Below, in pieces: positions 57,616 to 64,000 of a stretch of DNA of 64,000 bases. The stretch comes from Phycisphaeraceae bacterium (GTDB lineage Bacteria > Planctomycetota > Phycisphaerae > Phycisphaerales > Phycisphaeraceae): assembly GCA_963674705.1 (NCBI GenBank), contig OY771506.1, forward strand, positions 1,408,001 through 1,472,000, read 5' to 3'. A program made the position numbers and the translations under genes. The notes below the pieces were generated by a model. That model saw only the letters and a list, made by a program, of their open reading frames with translations, had not been told where the DNA came from and did no database searches. Within the stretch, counting starts at the first letter, position 1; each line of letters opens with the position of its first letter.

Positions 57616-60600
57616 ATGCCTACCGAATCCCCCACGAACGAACTGGCTAAGCAGTACCGCCCTGAAGAGGTGGAGCGCGATGTCGCCAAGCGCTGGGACG
57701 AGGCCAAAGCCTTCGCCGCCTCCCCCCAAGACTCAAGCCGCAAGCCTAAAGCCTATTCAATCGTCATCCCCCCGCCGAACGTCACAGCAGCATTGCACAT
57801 GGGCCACGCTCTGAACAATACGCTGCAGGACATCCTCATCCGCTGGCACCGGATGCTCGGGGACAACACGCTCTGGATGCCCGGCACGGACCACGCCGGC
57901 ATCGCGACGCAGACCGTTGTCGATAAGCGGCTTCAAAACGAAGGCGAGCCCGCGCTCAAGGATTACAAGCAGCTCGAGGCTGAAGGTAAGGACGGACGCG
58001 AGCAGTTCATCGGGAAGGTGCAGGCGTGGAAAGATGAGTACGAAGCCGTCATCACAGGCCAGCTCAAGAGCATGGGCTGTTCTTGCGACTGGGACCGTCA
58101 GCGGTTCACGATGGACGATCAGTGCGCGAAAGCCGTGCGCGAAGCGTTCTTCCGCCTGTTTAAGGACGGTCTGATCTATCGCGGCAAGCGCCTGGTGAAC
58201 TGGGACCCGGCCACGCAGACGGCGCTCGCCGATGACGAAGTCGAAATGCAGGATGTGGATGGGCAGTTCTACTACATGAAGTACCCCGTCATCGATGATG
58301 AAGGCAAGCCGACCGGCGAATACGTCACCGTCGCCACGACGCGCCCTGAAACGATGCTCGGTGATACGGCCGTGGCGGTGAATCCGCGCGACACCGCGCG
58401 AGGCCAATTCATCGGCAAGCGCGTTGAGCTTCCTATTGTCGGCAGGCGCATCCCGATCGTGGGTGATGAATACGTCGTGATCCCCGACCCCGAATCCGAC
58501 GACTCAAAAGCGAGGATGGCAAGCGGCTTCCTGAAAGTTACCCCCGCACACGATCCGAACGACTGGGAGATCGGCCAAAGGCACGCGCTCGACGTCATCA
58601 ACGTCATGGCACCCGACGGCACGATCAGCCGGGACCACGGCTGGGACGACTTCGAAAACTGGCTGAACAGTTCGCACGCCGACAAGCAAACGCTTGACGC
58701 CCTGCTTGGTCAGTCGCGCGAACAGGCGCGCAAGACCGTGGTGAAGTGGTTCGAAGCCCGGGACCTCATGGCCGAGATCAAGCCCTACCGTCACGCGGTG
58801 GGCCACAGCTATCGTTCGCACGTGGCGATCGAACCTTACCTGAGCGACCAGTGGTACGTGAAGGTGACGGATGAACGCTTGCGTGGTGCGGCGATCGACG
58901 CGATGGCCCCCGACCAGCGCCAGCCGTTAGCCGATGCGTATGAGTTTGAACGCAAGCTGAGCCGGGAGCAGCTAGAGAACGACGGCGTCAAGCTGAACGT
59001 TCCGGGTGAAAAGGGCGCGACCTGGCAGAGCGAACTTCGCTTCTACCCCGAACGCTACGCCCGCACCTTCCAGAACTGGCACGAAAACCTCCGCGACTGG
59101 TGCATCTCACGACAACTGTGGTGGGGACATCGGATACCAGTGTGGTATGCAACTGCCACTGCCGGAGACAAAACACCAATTCCGATCGACTCAATGAAAC
59201 TGCCGGGCAAGGTTACTTTCAATTGTCTTACTGAAGAAGAAAACAACACGATAGTTGTACAAGCGATGGCTGGTCGTGATGCAACAGGGCCAACTTTTGC
59301 AATATGCGTGCCACCTGATTGTAGCGAGATTGAGAGGAAGCTTGAGGCTGTTGGCTTCACCCAAGACCCCGACGTCCTCGACACCTGGTTCTCTAGCGCC
59401 CTCTGGCCACTTTCCACCATGGGCTGGCCCGAAGACACGGCCGAACTACAGACGTGGAATCCAACGAACGTGCTTTGCACGGCGCGTGAGATCATCACGT
59501 TGTGGGTGTCGCGTATGGTGATGTTTAATACGTATCTGCACGGGAAGCTGCCGTTTAAGGATGTGTTTATCCATGCGATGATCCAGGACGGGCACGGGCA
59601 GAAGATGAGTAAGAGTCTCGGTAACGGCGTTGACCCGAACGACATTATTCATAGCCACGGCGCGGACGCGATGCGGTTCACGCTCACGAGCATGACGACG
59701 CAGACGCAGGATGTGCGTATGCCGGTGGACATGGTGTGTCCGCACACGGGTCAGATGTTTACGCCGAAGTTCGTGACCAGCGGATCGAGCCAGTCTCGCG
59801 TCGCGGCGCCGATTCAGGATTCGCCTTTTGCCAAGGGCAAGAAGATGACCTCCAGCTTCGGCGTGGCGTCGGGCCAGGTGAAGCCGACGGACGATGCGCC
59901 GCTTGCGCGCAACACCAGTGAGAAGTTCGACTACGGCCGCAACTTTTCTAATAAACTCTGGAACGCCACGCGTTTTGCGCTGAGCAAACTGGCGGAAGCG
60001 GAGAACACCGACGGCGGCGGCACAGGCGAGCAGCTCAGCCTGGCGGATCGGTGGATCCTCTCACGCACAGCCCGAACCATCGAAGCGGTGAACAAGTCTT
60101 TGGCGGAGTATGAGTTCCATAACTATGCCGGGCGTCTGTATCAGTTTGTGTGGAACGATGTGTGCGACTGGTACATCGAAGCGGTCAAGCCGACAATCAG
60201 CACGCCGCAGGGCGCACGTTCGCGTCAGGTGTTGGCGACGGTGTTGGATGTGTCGCTGCGTATGCTTCACCCGACGATGCCGTTCATCACCGAGCGTTTG
60301 TGGGAATCGCTCAGCGCGGTAGCGCCGAAACGCGGCGTGCGCGGACTCGACCCGAACGAAAATGACCTGTTGGTAACCGCCGACTGGCCGGTCGCGGACC
60401 GCGCGCTGGTTGACCTGCATGCGGAGGATATCTTCGAGAAACTGCGTACGCTGATAACGATGATCCGTGAAGTGCGGACAGTGAATAAGGTGCCGCCTCG
60501 CGAATGTGTTGAGGTATCGGTGAAGATCGCGCCGGACCTGGTCGGCGAGATCAGCCCGCGACAAAACATCGTCGAATCCCTGGCGAACGTGAAGCTGGTA

Positions 60601-60885
60601 GCGATCGGAGACACGATCGAGAAGCCTGCGGACGCGGCAGTGATCGTGCGGCCGATGGTTGAGGTGTACCTGCATAACCAGCTCGACGCCGAAGCCGAGA
60701 AGTCGCGCCTTACCAAACACCTCTCGGACGTGACGGGCCAGATTAAGAACCTGGAAGGCCGACTGAGCAACGAAAACTACACCAAGAAAGCCCCCGCCCA
60801 CCTGGTGCAGGAATCCCGCGACAAACTGACGGCCCTGAAGCGCGAGCTGGAAGCGGTCAAGAAACAGTTGGCGGAGTTGGGTTAG
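57616..60885 (+). CDS. valS: valyl-tRNA synthetase
   Basis: PPPNVT..LHMGH, PGTDHAGIATQ, TTRPET, WCISRQLWWGH, DTWFSS, KMSKS, C-terminal coiled coil. Confidence 0.98.
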   Translation: MPTESPTNELAKQYRPEEVERDVAKRWDEAKAFAASPQDSSRKPKAYSIVIPPPNVTAALHMGHALNNTLQDILIRWHRMLGDNTLWMPGTDHAGIATQTVVDKRLQNEGEPALKDYKQLEAEGKDGREQFIGKVQAWKDEYEAVITGQLKSMGCSCDWDRQRFTMDDQCAKAVREAFFRLFKDGLIYRGKRLVNWDPATQTALADDEVEMQDVDGQFYYMKYPVIDDEGKPTGEYVTVATTRPETMLGDTAVAVNPRDTARGQFIGKRVELPIVGRRIPIVGDEYVVIPDPESDDSKARMASGFLKVTPAHDPNDWEIGQRHALDVINVMAPDGTISRDHGWDDFENWLNSSHADKQTLDALLGQSREQARKTVVKWFEARDLMAEIKPYRHAVGHSYRSHVAIEPYLSDQWYVKVTDERLRGAAIDAMAPDQRQPLADAYEFERKLSREQLENDGVKLNVPGEKGATWQSELRFYPERYARTFQNWHENLRDWCISRQLWWGHRIPVWYATATAGDKTPIPIDSMKLPGKVTFNCLTEEENNTIVVQAMAGRDATGPTFAICVPPDCSEIERKLEAVGFTQDPDVLDTWFSSALWPLSTMGWPEDTAELQTWNPTNVLCTAREIITLWVSRMVMFNTYLHGKLPFKDVFIHAMIQDGHGQKMSKSLGNGVDPNDIIHSHGADAMRFTLTSMTTQTQDVRMPVDMVCPHTGQMFTPKFVTSGSSQSRVAAPIQDSPFAKGKKMTSSFGVASGQVKPTDDAPLARNTSEKFDYGRNFSNKLWNATRFALSKLAEAENTDGGGTGEQLSLADRWILSRTARTIEAVNKSLAEYEFHNYAGRLYQFVWNDVCDWYIEAVKPTISTPQGARSRQVLATVLDVSLRMLHPTMPFITERLWESLSAVAPKRGVRGLDPNENDLLVTADWPVADRALVDLHAEDIFEKLRTLITMIREVRTVNKVPPRECVEVSVKIAPDLVGEISPRQNIVESLANVKLVAIGDTIEKPADAAVIVRPMVEVYLHNQLDAEAEKSRLTKHLSDVTGQIKNLEGRLSNENYTKKAPAHLVQESRDKLTALKRELEAVKKQLAELG

Positions 60886-60945
60886 AAGTTTGAAGTGAAT
60901 AACTGCCAATAACTTCAATAATTTAGTTGATGTGCGTAATACAAC

Positions 60946-61727
60946 CCCCACCAAAGCCCTGCGGGCGATGGTGGGGCATTTTAGAATCAAAAGCACACAT
61001 ATCAATGTAATACAAAGCCCGGTCATAGCCCGCAGGGCTTTGGCCGGGGTTCTTCTTATAAATCACCCACTTACATCCTCATCCGATTCATCCCTGAATC
61101 TCCACACCCACGCACCATGATCTACATGCTTAATGATGTAGTTGAATGTGTTGACCTGATGCGTCTGGTCTTTGATTGTTTTTACGCCGCAACCTTTGGC
61201 CCAGATCCGCCCGGGCATTTTGTCGCTTACAGCCCTTGAAGCGTGTCGTTTCATTTTGCCGACTTCACTGATCGTGTTTGCGGTTGGTAGTTCGATCAGC
61301 AAGTGAACATGCATGGGCGAAACACTCACAGCATTGATGCGATATGCGTACTGTTTGGCGCATGCGACAATTGCTTGCCCTACTTGTTTTAGTACCGGCT
61401 TGGGGATTATCACGGTGTGTGGTTGCAGCTTCTTGCTGTGTTTGAGCAGTTCTGCGTGTTCACCCGGTGGAGGTGGATGATGGTGGTCTCCTGAGGAATA
61501 GACTTTTGCATGTTTGGCACGGAAGCCGCGCGGATCACCGGGCAGCCATGATCCGTGTGTGCCGAAGGTGATGTGATACCAGCGTTTTCCCGGAGAAGGC
61601 ATGGGGTGAGGATATCCGTGTCGTCGTGTCATGCCAACCACCTCCGCCAAAGCCCTTCGGGCTATGACGGGGCTTTGGTGGTTATTTTCGGATCAAAGCC
61701 CGGTCATGGCCCGAAGGGCCTTGGCCG
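60946..61727. mobile_element. RAYT-REP locus 2: Y1 transposase flanked by four AA(A/T)G-footed imperfect hairpins
   Basis: hairpins at 60946-60981(-), 61013-61049(+), 61641-61677(-), 61694-61727(+). Confidence 0.85.
61063..61602 (-). CDS. REP-associated tyrosine transposase (HUH/Y1)
   Basis: YHITFGTHGSWLPGDPRG, HUH motif MHVHLLI, RIWAKG, catalytic Tyr in FNYIIKH. Confidence 0.9.
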   Translation of the reverse strand: MPSPGKRWYHITFGTHGSWLPGDPRGFRAKHAKVYSSGDHHHPPPPGEHAELLKHSKKLQPHTVIIPKPVLKQVGQAIVACAKQYAYRINAVSVSPMHVHLLIELPTANTISEVGKMKRHASRAVSDKMPGRIWAKGCGVKTIKDQTHQVNTFNYIIKHVDHGAWVWRFRDESDEDVSG

Positions 61728-61754
61728 CCGTGGCTTCCACGGTAAGATGCTCCC

Positions 61755-62492
61755 ATGCCACGCTTCAAAGATCACGCAATCTGCATTCGTCACATCGACT
61801 GGTCGGAGTCCAGCCAGGTGGTGGTGCTATTAACGGCTGAGCATGGGAAGCTGCGCGGGCTGGCGAAGGGGTCGAAGCGGATGAGCCCTAGCAGTGTGCA
61901 GCGGTTTTCGGGGGGGATCGAGCTATTGACGCTGGGGCAGGTGGTGGCGGTGACGAAACCGAGCGCGGAGCTTGCGACGTTGACGGAGTGGGATTTGCAG
62001 GAGGATTACCACTACCTGCGAGGTGATTACCGGGCGCAGTGTTATGCGATGTATGCGGCCGACCTGTGTAACGCGATGCTGGCGGACGAGGATGTGCATC
62101 CCGGGGCGTTTGCAGCACTGACCGAGCTGCTTGAAGCGTTGCGCGATAAAGATCGACTCGGGGCGGCGCTATTGTGGTTTCAGTGGGCGCTATTATTGGA
62201 TTGCGGGTATCGGCCGGAGCTTGAGGTTGATGTGCGCAAGAGCGGTGAGCTTCCAAACAGCAAAGCGTACACGTTCGACCCGGTCGCGGGTGGCTTGACC
62301 ATCGAAAACGGCATCGCGGACTGGCGCGTGCGCAAGCAGACGGTGACGCTGTTGCGGAAGCTGTCGAACGGTGAAGTGATCGACGATGAGGAAGCGGACG
62401 CGATCGGACGGGCGAATAAGTTGCTATGCGTTTATGCGCGGGCGATCCTGGATCGTGAGTTGCCGACGATGGGGATTGTTTTGAAGGGTTGA
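61755..62492 (+). CDS. recO: DNA repair protein RecO
   Basis: DWSESSQVV.LLT.EHGKLRGLAKG.KR N-terminal OB fold; GYRPEL. Confidence 0.9.
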   Translation: MPRFKDHAICIRHIDWSESSQVVVLLTAEHGKLRGLAKGSKRMSPSSVQRFSGGIELLTLGQVVAVTKPSAELATLTEWDLQEDYHYLRGDYRAQCYAMYAADLCNAMLADEDVHPGAFAALTELLEALRDKDRLGAALLWFQWALLLDCGYRPELEVDVRKSGELPNSKAYTFDPVAGGLTIENGIADWRVRKQTVTLLRKLSNGEVIDDEEADAIGRANKLLCVYARAILDRELPTMGIVLKG

Positions 62493-62571
62493 GGTTTGAG
62501 CGCTGAGTGCTGAGGTAAGAAGCAGCAGCGCCAAGCCGCAAGCGGCTTATTGCCTCACACCTCAAGCCTAC

Positions 62572-63075
62572 TTACGGTTCATATCGTTCGATGTAGAACA
62601 TGCTGTCGGCGGCTCTTGGGCCGATCATGTGCCAGCTCAGGGGGTATTTGGGTTTGATCTCGAGGTAGAGTTGATACAGGCGTTTGCCGATGGCGTGTTG
62701 CTGGTCGATATTTTTTTCGATGCGTGAGACATCGGTATTAGGGATGAACTGGCCGGTCGAATAGTTCCAGTTGGGATCGATGCGGACCATGAGGTGGCCC
62801 TCATCCCACTCGATGGGGTAGCCGTGGACGTGTCCCTCACCGGTGTTGGGGGTGTGGAACCAGTAGCAGAGGAAGCGGTCCTTGGTGACGGTGGAGGTAT
62901 CTTGCGTGCCGCCGATCAGGAGCTTGGCGTGGCTGACGCGGACGGGGACGACGCCCCATTTTTTCTTGGCGATCCAGGGTTTACGGGCCTGGACGTCGTA
63001 CAAGCCGACGTGGGCGTAGTCACAGCGGAGCTTGTCGGTGCAGTGCTGCTTGTTGATCTGGTGTTGGCCTGACAC
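62572..63075 (-). CDS. hypothetical protein
   Basis: 167-aa ORF with GC-rich third codon positions. Confidence 0.7.
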   Translation of the reverse strand: MSGQHQINKQHCTDKLRCDYAHVGLYDVQARKPWIAKKKWGVVPVRVSHAKLLIGGTQDTSTVTKDRFLCYWFHTPNTGEGHVHGYPIEWDEGHLMVRIDPNWNYSTGQFIPNTDVSRIEKNIDQQHAIGKRLYQLYLEIKPKYPLSWHMIGPRAADSMFYIERYEP

Positions 63076-63193
63076 GATTGCTGGCTCGTCGGTTTGGTGG
63101 CTGTGGCTCCGGGCCGTTATGTTATGTTGCCCGGCGGCTTATCGCACGCCCGGGATGATACGCAACAAGGCTACTGAGTCCAGACGGAGATAC

Positions 63194-63607
63194 ATGATGA
63201 GCGAAGCGACGGCGGCGGGTCCGATCGCCACAGGTGTGTTGGCGGAGAAGAGCCCGGAGAAGCTGGTACTGGCGGTCCCGGGGTCCGATTATCGTTTGCA
63301 CCTGGTGCCGGTCGGCACGATCGACGCCCAGGTGGATGAACGCGTCAGCGGGATTATCCGCGCCAAGGCCCGTCGGGTCGATGTGATCTCGGCCGGTGGA
63401 AGGTTCATCGAACCGGTATTCGGCAGACCCCGCCGTGTGCAGGGCAGGATCATCGACGGTGATCCCAAGGCCAACACGATCACCGTCCTGGCGGCCGTCC
63501 CCGTGACCGTCAGCCTGATGCCCCAACAACACACCGGCCAGTTTGCCCCCGGTCAGATGGTGAGTTTTGATGTTGAACCCGGCGCGACATTCAGCGTAGC
63601 TGAATGA
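63194..63607 (+). CDS. hypothetical protein
   Basis: GGAG RBS; GG.FIEPVFGRPRRVQGRI looks like a conserved motif. Confidence 0.7.
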   Translation: MMSEATAAGPIATGVLAEKSPEKLVLAVPGSDYRLHLVPVGTIDAQVDERVSGIIRAKARRVDVISAGGRFIEPVFGRPRRVQGRIIDGDPKANTITVLAAVPVTVSLMPQQHTGQFAPGQMVSFDVEPGATFSVAE

Positions 63608-63791
63608 GAAAGCTGGAAAACGAGAAAACTGGAAAGCTGGAAATACGATCTTTCCGATACCCGATACCCGATACCCGATACCCGATACCCGATACCCGAT
63701 ACCCGATACCCGATACCCGGACCTTCGCTTCGCTCGGGACCGGCGTTGGTCAGAAGTTCTGACCAGACCCTAGACCCTAGACCCTAGACCC
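63608..63791. repeat. mosaic repeat: GAAA(A/G)CTG 8-mers + (CCGATAC)x9 + family-A repeat + CCCTAGA heptamers
   Basis: direct reading; CCGATAC array 63654-63716, family A 63716-63749. Confidence 0.92.
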
Positions 63792-63797
63792 CACTCC

Positions 63798-64000
63798 ATG
63801 AAACAACGTCTACAACGTATTTTAATCACCGGCGGGGCCGGCTTTCTTGGTTCGCATCTTTGTGATCGCCTGGTCGCGCAAGGCCATGATGTGATCTGTC
63901 TGGATAACTTTTTTACCAGCCAGAAGCTGAACGTCATGCACCTGCTTGGCGAGCCGAACTTCGAATTGATCCGCCATGATGTGACGCACCCGATCTACCT
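63798..64000 (+). CDS. UDP-glucuronate decarboxylase / NAD-dependent epimerase (5' part only)
   Basis: [25 protein letters not shown]...VICLDNFFT...FELIRHDV. Confidence 0.9.
   Translation, partial: MKQRLQRILITGGAGFLGSHLCDRLVAQGHDVICLDNFFTSQKLNVMHLLGEPNFELIRHDVTHPIY

Noticed and set aside
181..63749. CRISPR array made of the 33-35 bp family-A repeats
   Set aside because: Copies are dispersed in both orientations without regular spacers, and no cas genes are present.

Overview
High-GC bacterial chromosomal window, most likely a Planctomycetota (Phycisphaerae-like) genome. This is inferred from PEP-CTERM proteins, DUF1559-like pseudopilins, a HYExAFE-family gene and planctomycete-style repeats. 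It holds mostly housekeeping genes (dnaA with an upstream DnaA box, prmC, panC, yhaM, murA, apt, frameshifted cysC, ileS, hisS, rsmD, ffh, valS, recO, tRNA-Tyr), plus secreted and membrane proteins, an MCP and a sigma-54 two-component pair. Most notable observations: (1) an Ile-rich leader peptide with terminator/antiterminator upstream of ileS, and a candidate leaderless Val-containing leader upstream of valS; (2) two different REP-associated HUH (Y1) transposases, each flanked on both sides by a head-to-head pair of its own hairpins with covarying stems; (3) an unannotated 52-aa secreted peptide gene directly upstream of an unknown helical protein with an HTH-like segment, a candidate peptide/receptor signalling pair; (4) a dense set of intergenic repeat modules (7-, 8- and 9-mer tandem arrays, several hairpin families, AT-rich perfect palindromes) joined into mosaics, one of which also appears in frame inside ileS; (5) sharply bounded AT-rich segments inside ileS and valS; (6) a four-gene PEP-CTERM array with six copies of an unnamed domain. 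No CRISPR array, rRNA or DGR is supported. All calls come from reading the sequence by eye; no database searches were run.
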